A program made the translations under genes and the position numbers. A DNA stretch of 64,000 bases. Source: Octopus vulgaris (taxonomy: Eukaryota). Under the pieces are notes generated by a model, which saw only the letters and a program-made list of their open reading frames with translations, had not been told where the DNA came from and searched no databases. The DNA lies in NCBI GenBank assembly GCA_951406725.2, contig OX597817.1, positions 110,484,001-110,548,000 of the forward strand. Direction: 5' to 3'. Shown in pieces: positions 52,670 to 64,000 of this stretch; the first letter of the stretch is position 1, and the number at the start of each line of letters is the position of its first letter.

Positions 52670-53140
52670 ATCATCAACATCGTTTAACGTCCGTTTTCCG
52701 TGCTAGCACCGGTTGGATGGTTCGACCGGAGTCTGGGAAGCCAGGGGCTGCACCAGGCTCCAGTCTGATCTGGCAGTGTTTCTACAGCTGGATGCCCTTC
52801 CTAATGCCAACCACTCCGCGAGTGTAGTGGGTGCTTTTTACGTGCCACCGGGACAGGTGCCAGGGGAGTCTGGCATCGGCCACGATCGGTTGGTGCTTTT
52901 AACGTGCCACTGGCACGGAAGCCAGTCAAGGTAGTGCTGGCATCGGCCACGTTTGGATGGTGCTTTTTATGTGCCACCGGCACAGGTATCACAACTACTA
53001 TTTCCATTGATATTTATTTCGATGTTCATGTACTTGACTCAATAGGTCTCCTCAAGCACAGCGGGATGTTCTGGAATCCAAGGTACTTTGAATGGGCAGG
53101 GGCTATGCGGAACTGGTGCAGGAAGCAGCCCGGGTCTTTG
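52670..53140 (-). mobile_element. Retroposon family D, young CpG-rich copy
   Basis: Reverse complement of 59470-59857; internal gtgcttttt-acgtgccaccgg subrepeats. Confidence 0.85.
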
Positions 53141-53552
53141 CAGTCACAGCATATCTCCAGAGATCTCGATACTTCACCATTGCCTCTATTCTCTGCATTT
53201 TGTTCATGTTCCCTTTTTTTGCAGATATAAACTATACCCAATTATGATGTATATGTGTGTGTGTGTTCAAGATTTATTCAGGAGGGATGCGCAGCATCCT
53301 CCATGACCCTGTTCAGGTCCTTTACAACCAGTGGTTGATGTTCAGTTTAAGCATTTGTATATTGATTTGAGCAAGATAATGGAATTCTAGTGGGCTGCTC
53401 TTCTGGGAAGCAAGGATTGTTCATGTAAAGTTAGTATGGAACCAGTGAATGGGGAACATAATTCTTTGATTTGAGCCATGAGCCTCTGATGGAGCACCAT
53501 CATGACATGTATGTATTGAACATCTGAACCTTTAAGAAAGAGAGAGATAGAG

Positions 53553-53586
<34 letters not shown>

Positions 53587-55042
53587 AATTCACTCCAAAC
53601 TGGTAAGGCTGAAAGATAAACTTGGTCTTAGCAGGATTTGAACTCAGAGTGCAGAGAACTAGAATGAATACTTCTAGGCATTCTAACTGATATTCAGAAG
53701 GCTCTGTCAAGATGAATAGAGATAGGAAGATACATGTGTCACCTGTGGTTGGGTAGAGCTAGAGGTGATATCTAATTTTCTTTTACTTATGCATGTGTGC
53801 ATTTATACATATTTGTGCAAGTGCATGAATATGAATGCATATGCATGTGTATCTATGTATGTGGGTGTATGTGTTTTGCAATTGATGTTCCTTTGAGCAT
53901 GAGTTAAATTATGTATAACTGAATGATATATATGTGTGTTTATGGATCTGCATGTGTTTGTGTGCATAGATATGTGTATATGCATATGTATGTATTTTCC
54001 TTTTAGAATATTTTTTTGAATAATATATGAGGTTGCATTATATCATTTCACTGTTTTCTTTGATGTGTTGCTTAGTTTGTGTTTAGAAAACATCTACCAC
54101 AATGTTAAGATTAGAAAGAAATGATAATACTTGCTTTACTTCAATATATTAGAATATGTGAAAAAGTTTTTATCTTATCAAATCTTGTTCTTTATGTTTT
54201 GTTTTAATGCAAATAAGATATAGACCTATATAGTTTCTTACTTATTTCAACACCATATGGTTATCATACAGACATCTCTTGATGTTAAACAGAATATTTA
54301 TGCAATACTTAAGATGAGTCAAATATTTTGTTTAAATTTGAAGAATCATTATAATGATAAAAATCTCCCAAAGTTTAAATCCATGATGTAAATCTTTCTA
54401 AAAGATGCTAGGTGACTATACTGGATAATTAGCCATGTAGCAAAATGATTCCTTATTTTCAATTGTAAATCATGAAATTTAGATGAAAATTTGAATCATA
54501 GTGGACAATATACCCATCCAATATCAGTGCAATTATCCTAAATTGGATCAAGATCTAGTTCAATAGATTTGCCTCCTGTCTCAAGTGTTCAATTTTCTGT
54601 CTTTGTGCCTTGATAATAGAGAATTACATAGCCATTATTAAGGAAACTTTACTAGAGTGAAGAAAGTATCATACAGAGTAAATAAATTTCTGGAAAAGGC
54701 ATTAACAGCTCATAGTTTCATTTTTACCTTTTTATAAATCTGATACCTTTTTATCTTTATTAGATTCAAAAAATGTATGAAAATAGAACAGTTTATTCTG
54801 TATGGTTATATAAAGAATGTTGTCCAAGAGGTATGTTAGAATGAGATATTTCACTTTCGGGTTATTTTAGTGTTCAGCTTCTGTTATTGAAATGCAGCTC
54901 CACTTGGGTATTGTCTTCAAGGTATTGATCTGGTGCTCCTTTTTATTGATCTTTATTTGTTGAATAGGTAAATTTGCCTGTGTATTAAGTTACATTTTTT
55001 TTTTAACCTACAATTGTTGCAACAATTTATATCTGTATACAC

Positions 55043-55342
55043 CAGTGGTTCCCAAGCTGTTTCAGGCTGCTGCCCACTCGGCGCCTATGCCACACACCTG
55101 GTGCCCGCCCCATCCCCTCAGCACCACAAATATAGACTACTTTCTGTAACAAATTTAAAACAGCTGTATTTCACAAATAAAACTTAACCTAATTAACCCA
55201 TTATTTTGGGTTTTCTTTTATATCAATCATCCTCTTTTTGGCCACCCCATTATTGCCCCACTTTTCTTCAGTGCCCCCACTCCATCACTGGATCTTTCCA
55301 CCATCCTCAAGGGAGCAGTACTGCCCACTTTGGGAACCAGTG
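55043..55342. mobile_element. hAT (Buster-type) MITE, 300 bp
   Basis: TIR cagtggttcccaa / ttgggaaccagtg; perfect TSD gtatacac. Confidence 0.9.
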
Positions 55343-56031
55343 GTATACACGAACACAGGCATATATGTTTGTTTACCAAATCTATAGTTTTCACTAACCA
55401 AATTTCACTCACAAAGCATTAGTTGATCCAAGGCTATTGAAGAAAGCATTTACCAAAAATGCTTCGCAATGGTATTGAACCCATAAACATAAGGTTGTTA
55501 AGTGAACTTAAACACAGAGTCATGTCTGAATCTGCTGAATAATGTGTAGGAAAACCATTTTACTTGCATTTGTATAGTTTTATTCACTTTTGAATATATT
55601 TTGAATTAGAAAATATACTTTAAACAAATTATTAATTAAAAGTTTTTAATGTGATATTTTGATGGTTTAGAATTTTGCAGGAAATGGCATTGTTACCATT
55701 CTTGCCTCACATTTGATTTTAATGATTTTTCCCATGCAAGAATCCTGCAGTAAGAGAGAGAGCAATTACAATATAAGGCTTTTAGTAGGTGCTGCTAACA
55801 TAAAAATTGTACAAACAATCTACCAGACAGCAATTTTGTTGCCATTAGGTTGTCTGAATCGCTAGATCTTTGTTATTTGTTGGGAATGGAGCGTATTACA
55901 AGTTGAGAGAGAGAGAGAGAGAGAACAACAACTGACACAGAACCATGAAGATATTGGAATCTGAAATTACTTTCACTGCACGCAGTTATTTTAATAGTAT
56001 GGTCTTCAGTGGAATTCCAGACACATGGTAA

Positions 56032-56148
56032 ACTTCTTGTACTTCAAGCCATATACATACATCCATACATACGTACGTACATACATACATACATACGTAC
56101 ATACATACATACGTACGTACGTACATACATACATACATATACATATAC

Positions 56149-56193
<45 letters not shown>

Positions 56194-56209
56194 TTGAAGT
56201 ACAAGAAGT
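56032..56209. repeat. (TACA)n/(TA)n microsatellite bracketed by a perfect 24-bp inverted repeat
   Basis: acttcttgtacttcaagccatata / tatatggcttgaagtacaagaagt. Confidence 0.9.
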
Positions 56210-59200
56210 AATACATATATATGTGTGCGTATATGAAGTCATTTGAGCAGAAACAGGAAATGGAGTTTAGTTATTAATAGATTGACTATTCATTATGGCT
56301 GGAATGGCTATGTTTTGTTTGCTGGTCGACATTAAAGACATTTGGGATATGTTCAGATAAGAATATATATGCATTTCAGTTTCTGTAAAATTTTCCAAAA
56401 CTAGGTTTTCCTAAGTGGAATTTTATTCCTTTTGAAAACAATTAAAATTGGAAATATTGATCCAAATTGTTTGCAAATGTTAACATTTAAACTACTCTTT
56501 GTTTCATTAGAAATATGCTTTAAGGCAAGTGTGTTAACACTATAAATATTATTCACTGAATCATTAGTTTCAGACAAATGCTTCTTTGTTTGTTTTAGTA
56601 TTAAAAGCAAATTTCCTCAAACGTCATTTTGCAATTTTCATTGCTGATACTAATGATTTCATTTTGGCAGCGTTAGCAAAAATAAATATGCTTTTTTGTT
56701 TTTCCTCCATAGGAGCAAAAGATATAAAGGGCATATCTTCTTTTACCTTTATATTTTACTTGTTTCAGGCATTGGATTGTGGCCATGCTGGGGCATCACC
56801 TTGAAGGATTTAGCTGAACAAATTGGCCTTCGTACTTATTTAGCCTGGTACTTAATCTATTGGTCTCTTTTACCAAACTGCTAAGTTGCAGGAATGTAAA
56901 CAAAACCAACACTGTGGTGCATTAGAATTCTTTCAGTTTCCATCTATCAAATTCACTCATAAGGCTTTGGTTGACCCAGTGCTACAGTAGAAGACACTTG
57001 CTCAAAGTTTCATGCAGATAGACTGAACCCAAAACCACATAGTTGAAAAGCAAGATTCCTAACGACACTGTCATGCAAGTTATCAAATGACTGGCTCAGA
57101 TATTGGGAGTGCATAACTGTGTAAAGGTATTTCATTTGAAATTAGTTTTATCTTTTAATATGACAAATACAGACATTCTGCTTATTGAATTCCATGTTTC
57201 TGAAAATCTTACTGAAACCTACTTTACCATTGACTTTCATGTTATAAATTGAGATATTCTTCTGATGGAATCATTCAGAAGAAAAAAAAATATCACTTAC
57301 CCCACTTCTATGGAAAAAATGACAATTTTTTAAAGTATACACAATAAGTCGTCACCAATATTTGCTGGCATGAGTTGGACAGGATCTGATGAGCTAAAGG
57401 ACTGCATTGAGTTCTAATGACTGCTTTGACATGGTTTTTATAGCTTGATGCCTTTCCTAAAGCCAACCATTTTACAAAGTGTATTGGGTACTTTTTTCCA
57501 TGGCACTCATACTAATGAAGTCACCAAGTAACCTGCAAGACAAGACTAAGTGGTGGGTGTTGTATTGAAGGCAGTAGCCTTATGCTAGGTATCAAGAGGC
57601 AAAAGTATGATAGAGGGACAGGAACAAGTGTGCTGTAGAGGAGATAGGAAGATACCCCAGCTGGAATGAGATAAAAAATTGTGGCAATGAGGGGCTTAGT
57701 TACAACATATGAATTGATAGAAAATATATTAGCAAATTTAGAAATTGTATTGTATATTTTTAATGGTTTCAGTTATTGGATTGTAGTGATTTTGGGCAGT
57801 TGGTAACTTAACCCAGTCATGAGAAGTGAAACTCTCAGTTATGAATGACGTTTGGGAAAACAGTAAGATAGCATTCAAGACAAAGTATTTTCCTCCAGCA
57901 GAAGGTCTACATGATGTTCTGCAAGATATTGTGACACTCACAAATGAGACAGTTTCAATAAGCCATAGAAAACAATGTGGTTGAGTAACTAATAAATCTG
58001 AGAAAAAGTTTATCTAATGAGGAGCTGACAATGTTAATTGTTGAGTGAATTGCTGGTGAAGGCAAGGATATAGAAACTCCATCCACTCCACTTCAGTTGG
58101 CTTCAAGGTATATAACTAAATATATACATAAATGGCCATAGCTCTTAAAACAAAGCTTGTTAGAAAATTACTTATTGAAAACTTAATAGCTGAGATTATC
58201 ATCTTTTAGTTTTAGAGTTATAATAGTGTTTGCGATACCAATGATCATTTTACATAGCTTATGTAAAATCATAAATACTTCTCTGTTTTGGCTTTAATGT
58301 AAAACTAAGAATATTTTACATAGTTAAGTACCTTATAATATTGTTAAATGTTTCAGAACAAGAATTTAATTAATCTATAACAATTTCATAAAAATGTCAG
58401 CTTTAAAAAGCATAATTTAAATATAAAACATATTAATTTGATTTGTTTTCACTTGCATAGTGTAAAATTCATAATTTATATGAAATAACAAAACATTTCA
58501 AAATACAATTTGAAAGACATAAAAATGAATTGTCTGTAACGAAATAAAACAACTATCTTCTGCAACTGAAGGTCTATCATTTAGACGCATATGTTCATTT
58601 AGTTGTATTTATTTTTCTTATTAATATTAACAGAATTTATCATAGCAACAGTTTGACATCTAATATTGCCTCTTACATAATAACTGGTAATGGTTTTCTT
58701 TCCCCCTTTCATTTTATTTGAATCCTCCTCCCTCCTACTCTTTTTATTTTCTCTTTAGAGTTGTAAATTCTAGTTGACCATGGAAGAATCCATCTTTCAG
58801 AAATTGCTTTCATTATAAAAGCTTCTATTTGATCCATTTTGAATGAATTGCCTACAACAAAAACAAATTTAATAATAATAATTTAAACATAGAACAGTGT
58901 TTATTTATCACACAATATATTTCACTAGAATTTTAAAGGTATTCAGTTCTCTTAGATCTTACTTGAAAATTATTAAAATGTTCACTGAAGCTTTGAACAT
59001 AAAATAGTCAAAACTAGAAAACAAAGAGTGTTTATAAATTTTAGTTTGAATTGATTACAAAAATTATTTTTGTTTTGGTATGATGACTTAAATTTTACTA
59101 CATAAGGTTTTGCGGGAAAATCTTTAAATTATAAATTTCATGACTTAAAATATTCGCTGGAGGAAATAAAAAATTATAAAGTTGATATAAAATTTACTGG

Positions 59201-59469
59201 TTTGCAGTGATTCTTCATTGTGATTGGATAATCTAATTACAATCGATATTAACATTTACAATTCTTTTTAGTTATCTATATTTAGGAATACATTGATATT
59301 TTCTGCAATAAGAGACACAGATAAATTACATGCATGATTTGTTCAATCATTTCAAATCTTAGTATCACTATTTTTATTAACTAAAATAGTGCTACCTAAT
59401 CTTTATTAATTTACTGCCTGTACATAAAGGGGACATCATTTCCTTGTTTATTAGTTTTTATTTACATCT

Positions 59470-59857
59470 GCTGTGCTTGAGGAAACCTATTGAGTCAAGT
59501 ACATCAACATCAACATCAAAATCAAAATCAAATGGAAATTGTAGTTAAGATACCCGTGCCGATGGTATGTGAAAAGCACCATCCAAACGTGGTTGATGCC
59601 CGCGTCACCTGACTGGTGTCTGTGTCGGTGACACATAAAAAGCATCAACCAATTGCAGCTGTTTTCCAGCCTCATCTGGCCCCTGTGCCAGTGGCACGTA
59701 AAAAGCACCCACTATACTGGTTGGCGTTAGGAAGAGCATCCAGCTGTAGAAACACTGCTAGATCAGACTGGAGCCTGGCTTCCCAGACCCTGGTTGAACC
59801 ATCCAACCCATGCTAGCATGGAAAACAGACGTTAAACGATGATGATGATGATGATGA
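59470..59857 (+). mobile_element. Retroposon family D with (TGA)n tail
   Basis: ctgtgcttgagga...ccatgctagcatggaaaacagacgttaaacgatgatgat. Confidence 0.85.
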
Positions 59858-60034
59858 GTATATGTTGCTAGTTTGTTAAAAATCAATATAAAAATTATAG
59901 TATGGATGCTTCTGAAAATTTTACTATTTTGCTATATCCTAACATAAACTAATCAACTGTTAAACTATCTAATTTTCATCTATATTGATTTCAGCAAAAT
60001 TTGATTCTCTGCCCTTTAGGGCTAGGGTTAGTGT

Positions 60035-60225
60035 AAGGCCTGAAAATTTGGGAGAGGATGCTAACCAATTACATCAATCCCAGTGTTCAGCTAGTACTTA
60101 TTTTATCAACCTCAAAAGGATGAAAAATCAACTTTGGCAGCATTTGAACTCATAATGTAAAGCCAGAAAAAATGCTGCTAAGCATTTTGTCCAATGCAAT
60201 AATGATTCTACCAGCTTGATGCCTT
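60035..60225 (-). mobile_element. SINE family B
   Basis: Reverse-complement match to the family B monomer. Confidence 0.7.
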
Positions 60226-62211
60226 CTACTCTTTATAATACTAAACATTATAAACATAAATTTGAAATCCACTATTTCTCTTTTCTGTTTTAAATTTCTT
60301 TTTATAATCTCTAATGTTATTTACCTTAAAATCTAAATTCTTAAAATTATAACCCTGCTCATTATGATAGGAACTAAGTACTTTAATCCTTTAGTCACTG
60401 TACATTTTCTTTTATTGCCCAAACATGGCTATAGGTGCCGTGCCATTGCTGTGTGAATAAGAAGTTTATGCTGAAACAATGTAGTCAGGGATTCAGTCCC
60501 ATTCCTTTGACATTGTTGGTTAGTTCCTTTTACTATAATTATAGGTTGACTAATAACTCATGAGTGAAATAGGTAGTCAGAAACTGGAAACAGTTTAGTG
60601 TGTGTGTGTGTGTGAGAGAGAGTGAGAGAGAGAGAGAGAGAGCATATATGTGTGTGTTTGTGTAAGTGTATGTATGTGTGTGATTGTGAGTGTTCATATT
60701 TCTGCTTAATTTCCTGTGTTCACTGACCATAAACAAAGATTTCACTTTTCATACAGACAGTGGTAACATTTGTATGCAGTATTCCACAACTGTATGTCCA
60801 GGTTTTCCTAACATATCTTGACATATGTGATCTTTTCGTAAACAAAATCTTATTCAAATAGTGTTATTTGTTTGTAGTTTTGTGTGTAACCATGTCTGAG
60901 CTCTTCATTCAACAGATTTGGGATTAATACCTTGCATGGAAATAGTTGACTGTTGGTGACAGGAAGGGCATCCAGACTTAGAAAATTCTGCTCTAACATC
61001 CACTTTTCACTGTTTGTATGAAAAAAGTAGATGTTAAAATAATAATGATGATGTAAATGTTTAAATAATTTGCTGATGTACCTAACTGATAAAAGAGCAT
61101 CTTGCAATAAATTCTGAGTCATGAGGCAAAATATGACATTTATGCTAGTAGTTTCCTAGTTGTTTATACACATCAATTAAGCTGCAGAAATATCTTAATA
61201 ATTCATCAAATAAAAACCAGAATCTTTTTAAAAAATGGTGGTCTGCATTGACAATAGTTATTTATTAATTTTAGTTTAGGTTGTATGCATTGGAGAGACA
61301 AGAATATTGATAGAAAAAAGCAAAAAATAATATATATATAGAAATACATTTGAATTGTTTTCTCTTCCACAAAGTTTGGCTCAAAATATCAGCACTCAAG
61401 TTACCCTCCATGAAAAACAAAACTTATGCAAAAATGTGAATTTTAATAATTTGTGTTGTTATTGTAAGGATATATTTTGTAAATGTATGCACTTGTGCTT
61501 TGATAATATATAGTGCATATTATAAAATAAAATGCATGTATAGTATATATATATTTATATCTGAGAAATAACTCAGAATTAGCCAAAAGCATATATTTGA
61601 ATAGCATAGACAAAAGCTAGTATGTTAGATTCATTCAAATAACATAAATTCTTGATTTATCAAAATTATCTTCACTGTTAGAGGATGTGTCATAATTATA
61701 AAATGGCGATTGAGACCAGCTCCATTTAAGAAAGGAAGATAATCTTAAGAATCAAGAATTTCTCCAAAATGCCATGAAGGAAAAAGTCAAGATTATTGTC
61801 TAGAGATAAGAGAGCATTTATGGATAAGTGCTTCTGGTTCAATATCTGTTGTCAGCATCACAGAACTGCCTCAAGTTCCACTATTAATTTGATACTGTGG
61901 GATGACCATAGCTGAAATTGTGATATTTGATCACTTTATAGAATGTTTGAGTGTCAGTTTGGTGTCTGGAATGGAATAGCTTACCTCATGGGCAGGTTGA
62001 AGCTCTTTAACCTTGGTTGGTAACCTACCTAGGAGAAGAAAATCTCCGAAATAAAACCTGAAGCCTTGGAAGTTCTTGCTTTTGTCAATTTTCACGTCAC
62101 ACCGGCGAAAGTCTTCTTGGGCCAATAGGTGGGGGTAGTGCAGTGCAAGCTACACTATCTGTGGTTGGAAAGGTTCTTGCCTGCATTTTGTTAGAACTTT
62201 TAAATACCTTC

Positions 62212-62274
62212 ATATATATATGTACATATATATATATAGATATATATATGTACGTATAAATACATATATATATA

Positions 62275-62324
<50 letters not shown>

Positions 62325-62373
62325 CATATAAATATATATCTAAATGTACATATAAATATATATGTACATATAT
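62212..62373. repeat. (TA)n-rich microsatellite
   Basis: Visible simple repeat. Confidence 0.9.
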
Positions 62374-62556
62374 ATCATCATCATCATTTAATGTCCTTTT
62401 TCCATGCTAGCATGGGTTGGACGATTTGACTGAGGTCTGGCGAACCAGACTCCAATCTGATCTGGCAGAGTTTCTACAGCTGGATGCCTGTTAGGTTCTA
62501 AGTTCACAGCTGAGGCGTGAGCTAGGATCCATGTTAGGCTTCTGTGTTAGCATGTA

Positions 62557-62940
62557 TATATTAGAGGAAATGGACAACAAAAACCAAAGCAGGACAAGTA
62601 TCTCAAGTCATAATAATTGAGGGTAAGGTGAATTTGAAGTCTTACAGCTGTTTCGAGGATATCTCAAGTGGTAAGGCTAGGATGTCTGTACACTTGGTAT
62701 TCTATCATCAGAGACAAGGTGTGTATGTATGAAAGTTCCATACAGGGAAATTCGCAGTTTATAAGGAATAAAATAGAAGAATAAAGAGTAAAAGCTGATA
62801 GAAGAATACAGATAGGAGAATAAAGTTCACAGTTCATTTTTCCAGAGAGTATGGAGGTTGGTCTGTACTTTCATGGAGGTATAAGCCCTTAAGTATAATC
62901 CCAGGTAAATCCAGGCAGTATTTTGAATGATGCATTCATG
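62557..62940 (-). mobile_element. Penelope-like/retrozyme-type unit (family 3)
   Basis: Contains the hammerhead at 62639-62715. Left end atatatt..gaaatggaca resembles that of the 33437 element. Inner boundary approximate. Confidence 0.6.
62639..62715 (-). ncRNA. Type I hammerhead ribozyme with long stem II
   Basis: Minus strand GUCU CUGAUGA uagaauac-CAAGUG...CACUUG-agauauccuc GAA ACAGCUGU A AGAC. Canonical core, palindromic stem III, GUA triplet; base of stem II partly decayed. Confidence 0.8.
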
Positions 62941-62945
62941 TTGAA

Positions 62946-63382
62946 GTAGGTATTTCCAATACTCTAGTCACTAAATGTGACAATTATAGTTTTCCTTTTT
63001 GGTTAAACATTTCAAACTGCTGTCTATTTTAATTTTATGTATACACATTAGCGATTTGCTAAATCATCCATAAATGTCTATGATGGAAACATATATACAG
63101 GCAGAGAATTAAGTCTGAAAATCTACTGAAGTAGAGCCAATCCTTATTGATGAGGCAACAGAAATTGCAGAAACTGAATTCAGTATAAGGAATTTTCGAA
63201 TGGCATTTATGGATGATTATAGTCTCCGTCTGTGTATATATATATATACAATTATGTGCTTTGACAACAGGATTAGAACATTTTAGCTCTCTTATCTCTA
63301 GCAATGTAGGTGTTTCTAACACTTTAGTCACATTTAGTGACAATTATAATTTTCCTCTTTGGTAAAACATTGCAAACTACTA

Positions 63383-63392
<10 letters not shown>
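62946..63392 (+). mobile_element. Penelope-like/retrozyme-type unit (family 4), 360-bp period, about 1.2 copies
   Basis: Direct repeat gtaggt..tagtcac..gtgacaattat..ttttcc..caaact at 62946 and 63306; internal hammerhead; ends in (TA)n. Confidence 0.75.
63141..63191 (+). ncRNA. Type I hammerhead ribozyme (C3U-mutated copy)
   Basis: UCCUUA UUGAUGA gGCAA cagaaa UUGCa GAA ACUGAAUUCAGU A UAAGGA: 6-bp stem I, 12-nt palindromic stem III, GUA triplet. Confidence 0.8.
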
Positions 63393-63422
<30 letters not shown>

Positions 63423-63424
<2 letters not shown>

Positions 63425-64000
63425 TACAATGGGTAAATTGTTACCATTTTATATTTTTAATTTTGCCATACACATTGTTTATTTTTGATTTTGTTGACTA
63501 CAGAATATAGTAGGGTCAGTTTGGACACCAGCTGTGAGAAAAATAGCACCATGACACAATTTGCTCTGCCATAAACTTGGAAAGAACATGCTGTATTGCT
63601 TGGCATTCACGCCAAAAGCTCCAATACGAACAGATGATGAACACGCAGAACAACGATTGACTTGCCTTGTCCCCAAAACATGTACTGAGAGTGATAAAAA
63701 TCAAACATCCAGTCAATATCATGGTGTTTGGAATGATCACTAGTGATAGGGACATTATACATCCATTCATCTTCCCACACAGCCTCACACTCAACATGGA
63801 GGCCTGCATCAAGTGCCTGGTGGAGGTAGTGCTGCCTGAGTCAAGAGGGTGGCTGCTGGAAGACCCTAAGTCTGACAACAGGACTCTGCACCATGTCACA
63901 CAAGCAGGAGAACCCAGTCATGGCTGTCAGATAATTTCTGTGACTACATCACTCCTAACATCTGGCCACCTAACCCCCAGACTGCAATCCCTTTGATTAT
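63423..64000 (+). mobile_element. Tc1/mariner DD37D (maT) transposon remnant, runs off window
   Basis: KHPVNIMVFGMITSD..PFIF and QQDSAPCHTS..WPPN.PDCNPFDY. 37 residues separate the last two catalytic Asp after repairing a 1-nt deletion. N-terminal region largely deleted. Confidence 0.85.

Noticed and set aside
52810-52990. CRISPR-like spaced repeats (gtgcttttt..gtgccac)
   Set aside because: Degenerate internal subrepeats of a eukaryotic retroposon; no cas genes.
57840-57985. Short plus-strand ORF MNDVWENSK...
   Set aside because: In-frame stop just upstream, no clear splice context, and no recognisable family.

Overview
AT-rich, microsatellite-rich eukaryotic DNA. The SINE, LINE and MITE repertoire matches what I recall of coleoid cephalopods, most likely Octopus (inference). 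I can support no intact host protein-coding gene. The window is intronic or intergenic and packed with several SINE families, decayed non-LTR retrotransposons (RTE, R4/Dong), hAT-Buster elements (one full-length 2.35 kb copy with a perfect 8-bp TSD plus MITEs), a piggyBac-like MITE, a non-autonomous Helitron and a DD37D (maT) mariner remnant. The most notable signal is a set of small ORF-less repeats, about 360 bp where the unit can be measured, that carry minimal type I hammerhead ribozymes (Penelope-like/retrozyme type). They occur at three loci (13.7-14.5 kb, 33.4-33.9 kb, 62.6-63.4 kb), each as two head-to-head arms; at the first and last locus the 3' ends run into TA-rich flanks. They represent four apparently different families with different palindromic stem III sequences. 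One family has a compensated U3-A8 core, and one locus joins two different families. A CpG-enriched, promoter-like zone (about 26.2-31.5 kb) is interrupted by the full-length hAT.
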